The notes below the pieces were generated by a model, which saw only the letters and a program-made list of their open reading frames with translations, had not been told where the DNA came from and ran no database searches. From Candidatus Binatia bacterium (lineage in GTDB: Bacteria; Desulfobacterota; Binatia; UBA9968; JAJDTQ01), in contig OY762897.2 in NCBI GenBank assembly GCA_963666515.2, positions 2,016,001 through 2,080,000 of the forward strand: DNA of 64,000 bases, written 5' to 3'. The first letter of the stretch is position 1; each line of letters begins with the position of its first letter. The translations under genes and the position numbers were made by a program. Positions 17,969-28,161 of the stretch are shown piece after piece.

Positions 17969-18931
17969 ATGACGCAATCGTTCGAGATCATCCCGCGGGC
18001 GCCCTACTCCTTTGACTTCACCGCCGCGCGTTTCATGCGGTTTCCGAGTGAGAACGTCGACCTGGTGGAGCGTGGCCGGTACCGGCGCCTGCTCACCGCC
18101 GGCCGCCAGGCCGCCCTGGCCACGGTCACGGACGCCGGCACCGTGGCGCGGCCGAGACTCGCCGTGACCTTGCGCAGCCTGTCAAGGACCCCTCTCCAGT
18201 CGGCCGCGTTCGAGGCCCAACTGCGGCACATCCTGTGCACCGACCTCGATCTCAAACCGTTCTACCGCCTGGCGCGCGGGGACACGATGCTGGCGCCGAT
18301 GGTGAGCCGGTTTCGCGGGCTGCGCGTCGTCGCCAGCCCCACGCTGTTCGAGGCGCTGGTCACCGCGGTCCTCTCCCAGCAGGTCAACCTCACCTTCGCC
18401 TATTCCATCAAGCAGGCGCTGGTCGAGAGCTTCGGGCGCAAGTGGCGCCTGCGGGGGCGCACCTACTACGCGTTTCCCGAGCCGCGCCGGTTCGCCGCCC
18501 AAAGCCTCGGAGCCATGCGCGGCTTCCGGCTGAGCAACGCCAAGGCGGGCACGCTGATCCGCATCGGCGATGCGTTCGCCTCCGACTCCGCACTGGACGG
18601 GTTGGCGGCAATGCCCGACGAAGAGGTCGTCGAGCGCCTGACCGCGATCAAGGGAATCGGCCGCTGGTCCGCGGAGATCGCGCTGATGCGCGGCCTGGCC
18701 CGTCCGGATACCTTCCCGGCCGGCGACCTGGGGGTGGTCAAGTACGTGGCGCAGGGCCTGCTGGGAAAGACCGGCAAGGCCACCGAGGCCGAAATGCGCG
18801 CCTTCGCCGAACGCTGGCGGCCCTACCGGGGGCTGGCGCTGACGTACTGTTACGCGGAGTTGGCGACTCGGCGCGGCACGACCACGCCGGGCGTGGGCCG
18901 GAACCGTCCCGACGCCACGACGCCGGAGTGA
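17969..18931 (+). CDS. AlkA-family (HhH-GPD) DNA-3-methyladenine glycosylase II
   Basis: FEALVTAVLSQQV, LTAIKGIGRWSAE helix-hairpin-helix, FPAGDLGV, WRPYRG. Confidence 0.9.
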   Translation: MTQSFEIIPRAPYSFDFTAARFMRFPSENVDLVERGRYRRLLTAGRQAALATVTDAGTVARPRLAVTLRSLSRTPLQSAAFEAQLRHILCTDLDLKPFYRLARGDTMLAPMVSRFRGLRVVASPTLFEALVTAVLSQQVNLTFAYSIKQALVESFGRKWRLRGRTYYAFPEPRRFAAQSLGAMRGFRLSNAKAGTLIRIGDAFASDSALDGLAAMPDEEVVERLTAIKGIGRWSAEIALMRGLARPDTFPAGDLGVVKYVAQGLLGKTGKATEAEMRAFAERWRPYRGLALTYCYAELATRRGTTTPGVGRNRPDATTPE

Positions 18932-18940
18932 AGGCGACCC

Positions 18941-20071
18941 ATGCCGAGCACGCCTCATGACGCCGGCGGCGCCGGCCGCACGCTCTCCATCGTCGTGCCG
19001 ACGTTTCGCGAGGCGGCCAACATCACGCCGTTGGCCGAACGCATCGACGCGGCCCTGTCCGGCGCCGGCATCGAATGGGAGCTGTTGCTGGTGGACGACG
19101 ACTCCGACGACGGCAGCGAGGCCGTGGCCGCGGAACTGGCGCGGCGCCTGCCGGTGCGCATGGTGGTCCGCCGCGACGCGCCCCGCGATCTGTCGCTGGC
19201 CGTCATCGAGGGCATCCGGCAGTGCCGCTTCGACCGGCTGGTGGTGATGGACGCAGACCTGTCGCATCCGCCCGACCGCATCGCCGACCTGCTGGCCGCG
19301 CTGGACGCCGATTGCGACATGGTGATCGGCAGCCGCTACTCCCCCGGCGGCGTCGTGGACCCCTCGTGGAGCCTCTACCGCGTGCTGAACTCACGGCTGG
19401 CCACCTGGCTGGCGCGTCCTCTGGTCAAGTGCGCCGACCCGATGTCGGGTTTCTTCGCCACCCGCCGCAGCGCGCTGCCGGACCTCCGCACCCTGCGGCC
19501 CATGGGGTACAAGATCGCGCTGGAACTCCTGGTGCGGGGACGACTGCGGGCGCGCGAGGTGCCCATCGACTTCCGCGACCGGAGCGCCGGCGCCAGCAAG
19601 ATGAACTGGCGCCAGCAGCTCAGGTTCCTGCGCCACCTCTCCCGGCTTTACAACCACAAGTTCGGCAGCCTGGCGCGCGTTCCCTTCTTCAGCGCGGTGG
19701 GCGCCAGCGGCCTTGTGGTCGATCTCACCTGCTATCTCGGCCTTCAGTGGGCCGGCGTCGAGCACCGGCTCGCACGCTTCCTGTCCTTCTGGCCGGCGGT
19801 CGGCTGGAACTGGGCGCTCAACCGCGGCCTGACCTTCAGCGAGCGGGCGCGGCAGCCGCACCTGGGTCAGTTGGCCCGCTTCATGGCAAGCAGCCTCATC
19901 GGGCTTGCGGTGAACGTCGGCAGCTATGCGCTGTTGACCAGCTACGTGGATATCTTCGACCGTCACCGCCTGCTGGCGTTTTTCTGCGGCGTCGGCCTCG
20001 GCAGCATCGTCAACTTCCTGGTTGCCGACCTCTACGTCTACGGCCGGCGTCCGGGACCCGGACACGGGTAG
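18941..20071 (+). CDS. Polyprenol-phosphate mannose synthase-like GT2 fused to a C-terminal GtrA domain
   Basis: SIVVPTFREAANI, VDDDSDDGS, VMDADLSHPP, IGSRY, DPMSGFF, GYKIALEL; C-terminal 4-TM GtrA-like segment (FSAVGASGLVVD...NWALNRGLTF). Confidence 0.9.
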   Translation: MPSTPHDAGGAGRTLSIVVPTFREAANITPLAERIDAALSGAGIEWELLLVDDDSDDGSEAVAAELARRLPVRMVVRRDAPRDLSLAVIEGIRQCRFDRLVVMDADLSHPPDRIADLLAALDADCDMVIGSRYSPGGVVDPSWSLYRVLNSRLATWLARPLVKCADPMSGFFATRRSALPDLRTLRPMGYKIALELLVRGRLRAREVPIDFRDRSAGASKMNWRQQLRFLRHLSRLYNHKFGSLARVPFFSAVGASGLVVDLTCYLGLQWAGVEHRLARFLSFWPAVGWNWALNRGLTFSERARQPHLGQLARFMASSLIGLAVNVGSYALLTSYVDIFDRHRLLAFFCGVGLGSIVNFLVADLYVYGRRPGPGHG

Positions 20072-20078
20072 CGGGCTG

Positions 20079-21788
20079 GTGGCCACGAGATCCCAGCAGG
20101 CGCGCTCGCGGCGAGAACGAAGGCAAACGCCGGCGCGGTCCTGGCCGGAGCGTCTTCACGCCGCGCCGGAAGTCCTGTTGCACCCGCAAACGCCCGGCGC
20201 GCCGCCCTGGAAATACCTGCCCTGGGTCCTCACCCTCGCTTTCGCGGCGCGGGCGGCCGTGGCCCTCTCCGGCGACTTCGTCCTGCATCCCGACGAGATC
20301 ATGCAGTACCTGGAACCGGCGCACCGCCTGGTGTTCGGCAACGGCGTCGTCTACTGGGAGTTCTTCTACGGCGCGCGCTCGTGGCTCGTACCCGGCGTCG
20401 TCGCCGGGACGTTGATGCTTTTCGACCTGGCCGGGCTCGGTGAGCCGTCCTGGTACGTCGGCGGGGTGGAGCTCGTGTTCTGCGCGCTCTCCCTGGCGAT
20501 TCCGGCCGGGATGTACTTCTTCGCGCGGCGGCACTTCAGTGAAGCCGCGGCGCGGGCGGCGCTCCTGGCCGGCGCGTTCTGGTACGAACTGTTGGGTTTC
20601 GCGCACAAGCCCATGACCGAGTTCGTCGCCACCGCGATACTGATGGCCTTGCTGGCGCTCTGCGTCCAGCCGGCGGCGAACCGGACCCGGACGGCGTGGC
20701 TGGCGGCTCTCCTGGCCGTGCTGGCGGCCGCGGTCCGGTTGCAGTACGCGCCGCTGGCGCTCGTGCTTTTGGGCATCTTCTTTCTCCGCACCGAAAGGAA
20801 GTGGCTGGTTGCGCTTGCCGCGGCGGTGTTCCTGCTGGCAGTCGGTCTCTTTGACATGCTGACGTGGAACCTGGCGGCGGACTCGTTCGGCGCGTCACCC
20901 TGGAACCCCGGACCGTTTCATTCCTACCAGACCAACATCCGCGTCAACCTGGCCCTCGGCGAGACCCTGGCGGCCGGGCATCCCGCATGGCAGTACCCTG
21001 TGTGGCTGCTGCACGCCGGCGGCGGACTGACCCTGCTGTGCGCGGCCATGGCCCTGCGCGAGCCGCGACGCTACGGGCTGCTGCTTTCGCTCATTGCCCT
21101 CGTCCTGCTCCTCCATGCGGCGCAGGCCCACAAGGAGTACCGCTTCATCTTCGTCGTCGTCCCGCTTTGGCTTCTGATCGGCGCGGACCTTGCGGCCCGG
21201 CTCGCGGCCGTGGCGGAGCGGACATGGTTGAGGCGCGGTGCGGCCGCGGCCGTGTTTGCGGCAGTTTCATCGGCCGGGATTCTGGAAGCGTTGCCGTATC
21301 AGAAGTGGCTGTACCAGGGAGTCTGGATACGACCGCCCGACAAAATCGGCTTCATCGGCGGCCGGGATCCCGCTTTTCCCGCCTACCGATACCTTGCCCG
21401 GACCCCCGGCGTCGCCGCGGTCGCACACGTCCATCGCCAGTACCACGGCACGCCCGGATACTACCATCTGCACCGCAAGATACCGTTCTATGACCGCGAT
21501 ACCCTGGGCCTCGTGGGAAAAAACCTGCCGGAGTTTTCGGCTTCCGTCAGCCACGTGGTGTCCGAGCGCCCGGATCTTGTCCTTCCCGGCTACTCGGTGG
21601 AAAAGGCCTTCGGCAACATCCGCATCTGGCGCCGGGAAAACAACGATGCGCCGGTCCGCCGGTGGCGGAGCCATACTCCGATCATCGACTCCCATCACAC
21701 GCGTGTTCTGCGCCGGCTGAGCCCCGATGCCCCCGCGGTACCGCCTGATTCCGGCATCCGGTTCGCAGGCATGGCGGTCTCACCATGA
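20079..21788 (+). CDS. GT-C mannosyltransferase, Alg9/PIG-B (GT22)-like
   Basis: HPDEIMQYLEPAHRLVFGNG..WEF...RSW and HKEYRFIF motifs characteristic of PIG-B/Alg9; multiple TM helices; start (GTG 20079) uncertain. Confidence 0.82.
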   Translation: MATRSQQARSRRERRQTPARSWPERLHAAPEVLLHPQTPGAPPWKYLPWVLTLAFAARAAVALSGDFVLHPDEIMQYLEPAHRLVFGNGVVYWEFFYGARSWLVPGVVAGTLMLFDLAGLGEPSWYVGGVELVFCALSLAIPAGMYFFARRHFSEAAARAALLAGAFWYELLGFAHKPMTEFVATAILMALLALCVQPAANRTRTAWLAALLAVLAAAVRLQYAPLALVLLGIFFLRTERKWLVALAAAVFLLAVGLFDMLTWNLAADSFGASPWNPGPFHSYQTNIRVNLALGETLAAGHPAWQYPVWLLHAGGGLTLLCAAMALREPRRYGLLLSLIALVLLLHAAQAHKEYRFIFVVVPLWLLIGADLAARLAAVAERTWLRRGAAAAVFAAVSSAGILEALPYQKWLYQGVWIRPPDKIGFIGGRDPAFPAYRYLARTPGVAAVAHVHRQYHGTPGYYHLHRKIPFYDRDTLGLVGKNLPEFSASVSHVVSERPDLVLPGYSVEKAFGNIRIWRRENNDAPVRRWRSHTPIIDSHHTRVLRRLSPDAPAVPPDSGIRFAGMAVSP

Positions 21789-23026
21789 AGAGAAAACCGA
21801 AACAGACGAAGAAGACGAGGAAGGTCGAGGCAAGCGCCTCGGAACCACGCCACCGAACCGCGGTCATGCCGGCCGGGGAACCGCTGTTCAAGGGCTTTCC
21901 GAACCCGGAGGCGTCGGCGATTTTCCTGATCGCCAAGGCGGTGGTGGCGGCGGCGCTCCTCCTCGCGTTCTACGTTTTCGACGGGCTGCACGCCGTCAAC
22001 CTCTGGAACCGCTGGCATTCCGGGACCGACGTGCTCAACGCCCTCTACCTGCCTTTCGCCAACTGGGACGGCCAGCACTACGCGCTGCTCGCCGACCGGG
22101 GCTACCCGGGACATCCGCACAGCCATGCGTTCTTCCCTCTGTATCCTCTGGCGGTCAGGGCCGTGCAACTCGTTCTCGGTGACGTCTACGTGTCCGGCCT
22201 CGTGCTGAACCTGCTGCTGTCGTTCCTCTTCTGCCACGTTTTCCACCGGTACGCCGTTCACTTCCTGCCGGCGCGGTCCGCATCCGGAGCGCTCGCTCTC
22301 CTGTTGTGCTATCCGACCGCGTTCTATTTGACCGTATTGTACTCGGAGGCGTTGTTCCTGCTGTTGCTGTTCGCGTTCCTCTACTTCCATGACCTGCGCA
22401 AGAGCTACCTCAGCGCGCTCTTCGCCCTGCTGCTGCCGCTGGCGCGCGGGCAGGCGGTTTTCGTATTGGCGGCCGTGTTGATCATCGTCGCCGTCGAACG
22501 CTTCAAGGGCAAGCCCATCGACTACCGGTATGAAGCTTGCAACCTGGCTGCGTTTGCCGCCGGCGGAGTGTTGTACCTCGTGTTTTTCCACGCGGTGGTG
22601 GGCGACGCGTTCTCGGGAATCCGGGCGCAGGGCAGCTTCGTATTCGGCAATTCGCTCGCCAACATACTCAACCCCGGGCATTTTCTGGCGTACCTGTTCT
22701 CCGGGACCCAGGGCGTATTCGGCTATACCCATTCGCTGGTGGACAAGATCTTCGTAGTCGCGTCGCTGCTGTCCATCGCCATCGTGGCCGGGACGAGAAA
22801 CCTCCGGTGGCTGGTGCTGTACGTCATGCTGCTCTACCCGGTGGCTGCGATGGGCGCGGGCGGTTCCTTCTCACGCTTCTCGCTGGTGGCGGCGCCCATC
22901 CTCGTCCTCGCAGTCTGGACGCTCTACGGCGCGCACCCGCGGATCCTCTATGGCGCCGGCGCCGTCCTGCTGGCCGTGCAGATCTTCTTTGCCGGCCGCT
23001 TCGCGCTCAATCTGTGGGTTGCTTGA
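21785..23026 (+). CDS. GT-C mannosyltransferase, PIG-V (GT76)-like
   Basis: NWDGQHYALLADRGY, AFFPLYP, YSEALF motifs typical of PIG-V/GT76; ATGA overlap with upstream gene. Confidence 0.8.
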   Translation: MKRKPKQTKKTRKVEASASEPRHRTAVMPAGEPLFKGFPNPEASAIFLIAKAVVAAALLLAFYVFDGLHAVNLWNRWHSGTDVLNALYLPFANWDGQHYALLADRGYPGHPHSHAFFPLYPLAVRAVQLVLGDVYVSGLVLNLLLSFLFCHVFHRYAVHFLPARSASGALALLLCYPTAFYLTVLYSEALFLLLLFAFLYFHDLRKSYLSALFALLLPLARGQAVFVLAAVLIIVAVERFKGKPIDYRYEACNLAAFAAGGVLYLVFFHAVVGDAFSGIRAQGSFVFGNSLANILNPGHFLAYLFSGTQGVFGYTHSLVDKIFVVASLLSIAIVAGTRNLRWLVLYVMLLYPVAAMGAGGSFSRFSLVAAPILVLAVWTLYGAHPRILYGAGAVLLAVQIFFAGRFALNLWVA

Positions 23027-24506
23027 TTCCGCCTCGCCGGACGGGAGCGGGGACGTCCTCTTCCGGAGAGTCCGCGTCCGCGCGGCCGTAGGCATCCTCG
23101 TAGCGGACGATGTCGTCCTCATCCAGGTAACCGCCGTACTGCACCTCCACCAGTTCCAGCGGCGCCGTGCCCGGATTCGCCAGCCGGTGTTTCGTTCCCT
23201 GGGGAATGTAAGTGGATTGATTCTCCGCCAACACCAGGGTCTCGTCCCCCCGGGTCACCCGCGCGGTCCCGCGGACCACCACCCAGTGCTCGCAGCGATG
23301 TTCATGCGATTGCAGGGAGAGGGCGTGGCCGGGGTTCACGAAGATGTGCTTCACCTTGAAGCCGTCGCCGATGAGCACGTCATGGTACGTGCCCCACGGA
23401 CGATGGACCTGCCGGTGCACCCGATGCTCATCCCGGCCCGACGACCTGAGCCGCGCCACCACCTTGCGCATGTCGCGAGACGCGTCCCTGCGCGCCACAA
23501 GCAACGCATCGGCGGTGTCCACGATGACGAGATCGGACACGCCCACCGCGGCCACGACCCGATATCCGGCACGGACGTAGGTGTCGCGGACTCCCTCCAG
23601 GATGGCGTCGCCCACGGCCACGTTGCCGGCGCCGTCTCTCTCGCCAAGTTCGGCCAACGCCGCCCAGGAGCCGACGTCCGACCAGTCCGTTGCCAGCGGG
23701 ACCATCACCGCGGCGGAAGTGCGCTCCATGACGGCATGGTCCACCGAGATGGCGGGCGAGCTGGAGAAGGAGGCCGCGTCCAGTCGCAGGAAGCCGGTCT
23801 CCCGCACGGCGTTCCGGTGGGCCTGCGCTACCGCGTCGCGCACCGCCGGCTCGTGGACGCCCAGTTCCCGCAGGTAGCGGCCGGCCGAAAAGACGAACAT
23901 GCCGCTGTTCCAGTAGTACCCGCCCTCTTCAACGCAGGCGGCGGCCTCCGCGGCGTCCGGCTTCTCGATGAACCGCTCGACCCTGCGCCCGTCCTCGCTC
24001 ACGCGGGTGAGGCCCGCGGCCTTGATGTATCCGTACCCGGTCTCGGCGTAGGCCGGAACGACGCCGAAGGTCACGAGATGCCCGGAGGCTGCCTCCCGGA
24101 CCGCGGCCCGGACCGCGCCGGCGAACCGGCCCTCGTCCCGGATGACGTGATCGGCGGGAAGAACCAGCAGGATGGGGTCCGCGCCGTCGTCGAGGGCCAG
24201 GGCCTGAAGCGCCGCCGCGGCGATGGCCGGCGCGGTGTTTCGCCCGACCGGCTCCAGCAGCACGGCCGAAGGGGTCACGTCGATGCCCTTGAGCTGTTCG
24301 GCCACCATGAACCGGTGCGCCTCGTTGCACACCACGATGGGCGCCTGCAACTCGTCCAGCGGCGCGAGGCGCCGGACGGTGGCCTGGAGGAGCGTGCGCT
24401 CCTCCGCCAGCGGAATGAACTGCTTGGGATGGAGTTCACGGGAAAGGGGCCAGAGCCGGGTTCCGGCGCCGCCCGAGAGAATCACGGGGAACAGGACCTG
24501 TTTCAT
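23007..24506 (-). CDS. manC: Mannose-1-phosphate guanylyltransferase / mannose-6-phosphate isomerase
   Basis: PVILSGGAGTRLWPLSRELHPKQF, LEPVGRNTAPA, YYWNSGMF, WSDVGSW, C-terminal cupin RPWG...LSLQSHEHRCEHW. Confidence 0.95.
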   Translation of the reverse strand: MKQVLFPVILSGGAGTRLWPLSRELHPKQFIPLAEERTLLQATVRRLAPLDELQAPIVVCNEAHRFMVAEQLKGIDVTPSAVLLEPVGRNTAPAIAAAALQALALDDGADPILLVLPADHVIRDEGRFAGAVRAAVREAASGHLVTFGVVPAYAETGYGYIKAAGLTRVSEDGRRVERFIEKPDAAEAAACVEEGGYYWNSGMFVFSAGRYLRELGVHEPAVRDAVAQAHRNAVRETGFLRLDAASFSSSPAISVDHAVMERTSAAVMVPLATDWSDVGSWAALAELGERDGAGNVAVGDAILEGVRDTYVRAGYRVVAAVGVSDLVIVDTADALLVARRDASRDMRKVVARLRSSGRDEHRVHRQVHRPWGTYHDVLIGDGFKVKHIFVNPGHALSLQSHEHRCEHWVVVRGTARVTRGDETLVLAENQSTYIPQGTKHRLANPGTAPLELVEVQYGGYLDEDDIVRYEDAYGRADADSPEEDVPAPVRRGGIKQPTD

Positions 24507-25171
24507 CCCGACCAACCCGATTCGTTGCCGGGGCGCCAGGGCCGCCCGTTCCCCCGGAGGACGCGCCGGTTCCACCACGCGATCAGAGGGGAGATGAGGA
24601 GGGTGGGGAGTATCCACGCCAGCCAGACCGGCCGGGTGTCGACGTTGACCACCACGACCGCGGTGACGGTGGCGATGGTTCCCGCCAGCATGTTGGTGAG
24701 ATGGCGCGCGATGCGTTGCCGGCCGGACCGGGCCGGCGACCGGTGATACCGCAGGTCAACGGCGCCCAGGGCCGCGGCGATGAACCCGAACACGCCCAGG
24801 GTCACCCACTGCGGGTCGCCCCGCAGGAACAGCACGATGCCGTAGGCCCACATGCCCAGCCCGGTGAGCCCCATGAGCGCGGCCGCGGTCCGGTCCACGG
24901 GCCGGGGCCGCCCGCTCGCGTTGCGGGCAAAGCGCCAGCCGGCGAAGACGAGGTAGAAGCTGAACGCCGCCACCAGCAAGAGCACCACGTCGGAACCGAG
25001 CAGGGCCAACGGCGCCGCGCTCGCGCACACCAGCGCCATGGCCGCGGCATAGACCCGCCCCGCCCGAACGTGGCGCGCTTCGCCCTTTGCGGTGAGAAGC
25101 GCGACGGCCGCGGCGGCCAACGCCACCGAGCCGGCGGCTATGTGTAAAACGAGGAGGATGGTGCCGGCCAT
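24503..25171 (-). CDS. DUF2306-like membrane protein
   Basis: LHIAAG...KG...HVRAGRVY, HLTNM conserved His pattern, multiple TM helices. Confidence 0.65.
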   Translation of the reverse strand: MAGTILLVLHIAAGSVALAAAAVALLTAKGEARHVRAGRVYAAAMALVCASAAPLALLGSDVVLLLVAAFSFYLVFAGWRFARNASGRPRPVDRTAAALMGLTGLGMWAYGIVLFLRGDPQWVTLGVFGFIAAALGAVDLRYHRSPARSGRQRIARHLTNMLAGTIATVTAVVVVNVDTRPVWLAWILPTLLISPLIAWWNRRVLRGNGRPWRPGNESGWSG

Positions 25172-25294
25172 GTCGGACGGATGTTAGCACGAACATCGAT
25201 CCGTCGAGAAACCACCGGGCAGGCAAGCGTTTTGAGCGCAAGCTCATGTTGACCCGGACGTGCCGAGTCGGTATGCATAGACGCCGGGAGCACG

Positions 25295-25747
25295 ATGGGT
25301 ACGGTCCACGAAATCTACATCGCGTCGGAAGGCAGCGCCCACATGCGGAAGGTGGAGGAGGCCGAGGCCCTCGCCAGCATGGGGCTCAAGGGCGACCGCT
25401 ACTGCGAGCGGACCGGCTACTACAGCGGCTGGGACGAGTGCCAGGTGACCCTCATCGAGGCCGAGGAACTGGAGGCCATCGCCGCCGCCTCCGGCCTGCA
25501 GGTGCTCAACGGCGAGCACCGGCGCAACATCGTCACCCGCGGCGTCCGCCTGGGCGATCTCGTGGGACATGCCTTTCGCGCCGGCGACGCGGTCCTCGCC
25601 TTCGACCGGCCGCGCCCGCCGTGCGCCTACATCCAGTCCATTACCGAGCCTGGCATGACCCGGGCACTCGCCGGCAAGAGCGGCATCTGCGCACTGGTCG
25701 TGCAGGGCGGCTTCATCCGGCCCGGCGACGAGATCGCCGTGCTCTGA
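25295..25747 (+). CDS. MOSC domain protein
   Basis: GLKGDRY, QVTLIEAE, RRNIVTRG, PC, GGFIRPGDEI. Confidence 0.88.
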   Translation: MGTVHEIYIASEGSAHMRKVEEAEALASMGLKGDRYCERTGYYSGWDECQVTLIEAEELEAIAAASGLQVLNGEHRRNIVTRGVRLGDLVGHAFRAGDAVLAFDRPRPPCAYIQSITEPGMTRALAGKSGICALVVQGGFIRPGDEIAVL

Positions 25748-25755
25748 TCACGGCC

Positions 25756-27057
25756 GTGCAAGACACCCGACCCCCGCGGGCCCCGGCCGCATCACCTTCC
25801 ACCGCTCCCTTCTTCTACGGCTGGATCATCCTGCTGGGAGGCTTCCTCATCCTGGTGGTGGACGGCGGCGTGCGCTTCTCCTTCGGCGTCCTGGTGAAGC
25901 CGCTGGCGGCCGAGTTCGGCTGGGACCGGGGCGCCATCACCTTCGCCTACACCCTGAACATGCTGGTGTTCGGCTTCGCGCAGATGATGGCAGGGCGCCT
26001 GCTGGACCGCTACGGGCCGCAGCGGCTCTTCTCGATCTCCGCGCTGGCGGCTTCCGCCGGCCTGTTCCTGACCTCCCGAACCAGCTCGATCCCGGAGCTT
26101 TACTTCTACTACGGCGTCGTCACCGCGATCGGGGTATCGGGCGTCACCATCGGCGTGGTCTCGTCCACCGTCTCCCGGTGGTTCAGGAGCCTGCGCGGTC
26201 TCATCGGCGGCATCGCGGTTTCCGGCACCGCCTTCGGGCACTTCGCGGTCATCCCGGCGCTGGCGTACTCGCTCGAACGCTTCGGCTGGCGCGGCTCCTG
26301 GGCGGGCCTGGGCGTCCTGGTCTCCGCGGTGGTGATCCCCATAGCGCTGGCGTTGATGAAGAAGGAACCCGCGGAGATGGGGCTGTCGCCCTACGAGATC
26401 GGCGGCAAGACCGCGCCGGCACGGCGAAGCTCCCCCGCCCCGGACTATTCGCCGAGGGAGGCCTTCCTCTCCCGGAGCTTCATCTTCGTCGCGGTCTCCT
26501 ATTGTCTCTGCGGCTTCCAGGACTTCTTCTTCGTCACCCAGTTCGTCCCGTTCGCCACCGATGCCGGTCTCACCAGCCAGCACGCCGCGAACATCCAGGG
26601 CCTGTCCGGACTGTTCGCCCTGGTGGGCGTTCTCGCCTTCCCGGCGCTGACGGAGAAAGCGGGCCACGGCCTTCCCCTGTCCTTCATGTTCGTCCTGCGC
26701 ATCGTCTGCTTCGGGTTGCTGGTGTTCTCGTCCGCGGAACCGGCCATCGTCACGGCGTGCCTGCTCATGGGGTTCACGCTGATGGCCACCGCGCCTCTGG
26801 CCGCGGCCATGGCCGGCGACTACTTCGGCGTCAGGAACATCGGCCTGATCACCGGCGCGATCCTGTGGGTACACCACACCGGCGGCGCGCTGGGCGCTCT
26901 CCTCGGAGGCGTGGTCCACGACGCCACGGGGTCCTATGCGGACATGTTCCTGGCCTGTCTCGTGATGGCGTTCATGGGCGCGGCGGCGTGCCTGGGAATC
27001 CGCCCGCCCGGAGGTCCGCTGGTGCCGCGACGCCGTCACAAAGGGTTCATCCCTTGA
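25756..27057 (+). CDS. MFS transporter
   Basis: FFYGW, GRLLDRYG motif A, about 12 hydrophobic segments; start GTG inferred. Confidence 0.88.
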   Translation: MQDTRPPRAPAASPSTAPFFYGWIILLGGFLILVVDGGVRFSFGVLVKPLAAEFGWDRGAITFAYTLNMLVFGFAQMMAGRLLDRYGPQRLFSISALAASAGLFLTSRTSSIPELYFYYGVVTAIGVSGVTIGVVSSTVSRWFRSLRGLIGGIAVSGTAFGHFAVIPALAYSLERFGWRGSWAGLGVLVSAVVIPIALALMKKEPAEMGLSPYEIGGKTAPARRSSPAPDYSPREAFLSRSFIFVAVSYCLCGFQDFFFVTQFVPFATDAGLTSQHAANIQGLSGLFALVGVLAFPALTEKAGHGLPLSFMFVLRIVCFGLLVFSSAEPAIVTACLLMGFTLMATAPLAAAMAGDYFGVRNIGLITGAILWVHHTGGALGALLGGVVHDATGSYADMFLACLVMAFMGAAACLGIRPPGGPLVPRRRHKGFIP

Positions 27058-27084
27058 GCAGACCGGGCATCGGTCTCCCCTTTC

Positions 27085-28110
27085 TCACTCATCCTCGACG
27101 GCCAACTCCTCCTGGTACTTTCGCCACCGGCCGCGGAACTGGTGATAGGTCAGCCCGAGCGCCTTTGCCGCCTGGCGCTGGTTGTACCTCGCGTCCGCAA
27201 GGCTCTCGCGGATCATTCGCACTTCCAGCTCTCTCACCGCCTCCTCGAGGGATCTGTCCGGCCCGCCGGGAGCACCGGCCGGGGATGACGGGGACGGGGC
27301 CGGCGCCTGAGCCTCGCCCCCGTCGCTCCCACTCGCACTGAAAGGCGGGACGAAAGGGTCGAAGACGAGATCGTCGACGGTGGACGTGTCGGATCGATAC
27401 ACCGCGCGCTCGATCACGTTCCTGAGCTCGCGGACGTTGCCCGGCCAAGCGTAGCTTTCCATCTGGGCCACCGCGCGGCGGCTGAACCGCGGGAGAGATT
27501 CCCAACCCAACTCGTGCGCCATGCGCGCGGCAAAGTGATCGGCCAGCAACAGGATGTCGTCACCGCGAGCCCGCAAGGGTGGAACGAAGAGGACGTCGAA
27601 CGACAGCCTGTCGAGCAGGTCGCGCTTGAAACGGCCCTGACCGGCCAGCGAGGGCAGGTCTGCATTGGTCGCCCCGATGATTCTCGTGTCCACTTGAACG
27701 GGTTGCGAAGATCCCACCCTTTCAAAACTGCCGTACTCCACCACCCGAAGGATCTTCTCCTGGACCTCCGTGGGGATTTGAGCGATTTCATCCAGGAAGA
27801 GTGTCCCGTCCGTTGCCGCCTCGAACCGTCCGGTGCGCCGTTGATGGGCGCCGGTGAAAGCGCCTTCCTCGTGGCCGAACAGTTCCGACTCCAGCAGAGT
27901 CGGCGCCAACGCGGCGCAGTTCAGGGCAACCAATGGCCCCTGCCAACGCGGTGACAGATAGTGGAGCTTGGCCGCGGCGAGTTCCTTGCCGGTGCCGCGT
28001 TCACCGATCAACAGGATCGGACGATCGACCTTGGCGGCGCGGGACAGCATTTCCTGGAATTCCAGGAAGGCGTTGGACTGTCCCAGCGGCTCCGTGTAGG
28101 ATTCAGGCAT
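27085..28110 (-). CDS. pspF: Phage shock protein operon transcriptional activator (sigma54 bEBP)
   Basis: GERGTGKEL, GAFTGA, LFLDE, C-terminal HTH (ALGLTYHQFR); no N-terminal sensor domain; divergent from pspA. Confidence 0.95.
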   Translation of the reverse strand: MPESYTEPLGQSNAFLEFQEMLSRAAKVDRPILLIGERGTGKELAAAKLHYLSPRWQGPLVALNCAALAPTLLESELFGHEEGAFTGAHQRRTGRFEAATDGTLFLDEIAQIPTEVQEKILRVVEYGSFERVGSSQPVQVDTRIIGATNADLPSLAGQGRFKRDLLDRLSFDVLFVPPLRARGDDILLLADHFAARMAHELGWESLPRFSRRAVAQMESYAWPGNVRELRNVIERAVYRSDTSTVDDLVFDPFVPPFSASGSDGGEAQAPAPSPSSPAGAPGGPDRSLEEAVRELEVRMIRESLADARYNQRQAAKALGLTYHQFRGRWRKYQEELAVEDE

Positions 28111-28123
28111 GGAGTCTCCTGTA

Positions 28124-28161
28124 TTGGTGAAAAATACCATATAATTGTTATTTCCACCAAT
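28124..28161. promoter_or_regulatory. Putative tandem PspF upstream activating sequences
   Basis: Imperfect palindromes TTGGTGAAAAATACCAT (28124-28140) and TTGTTATTTCCACCAAT (28145-28161), 21 bp apart, ~100 bp upstream of the sigma54 site. Confidence 0.6.
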
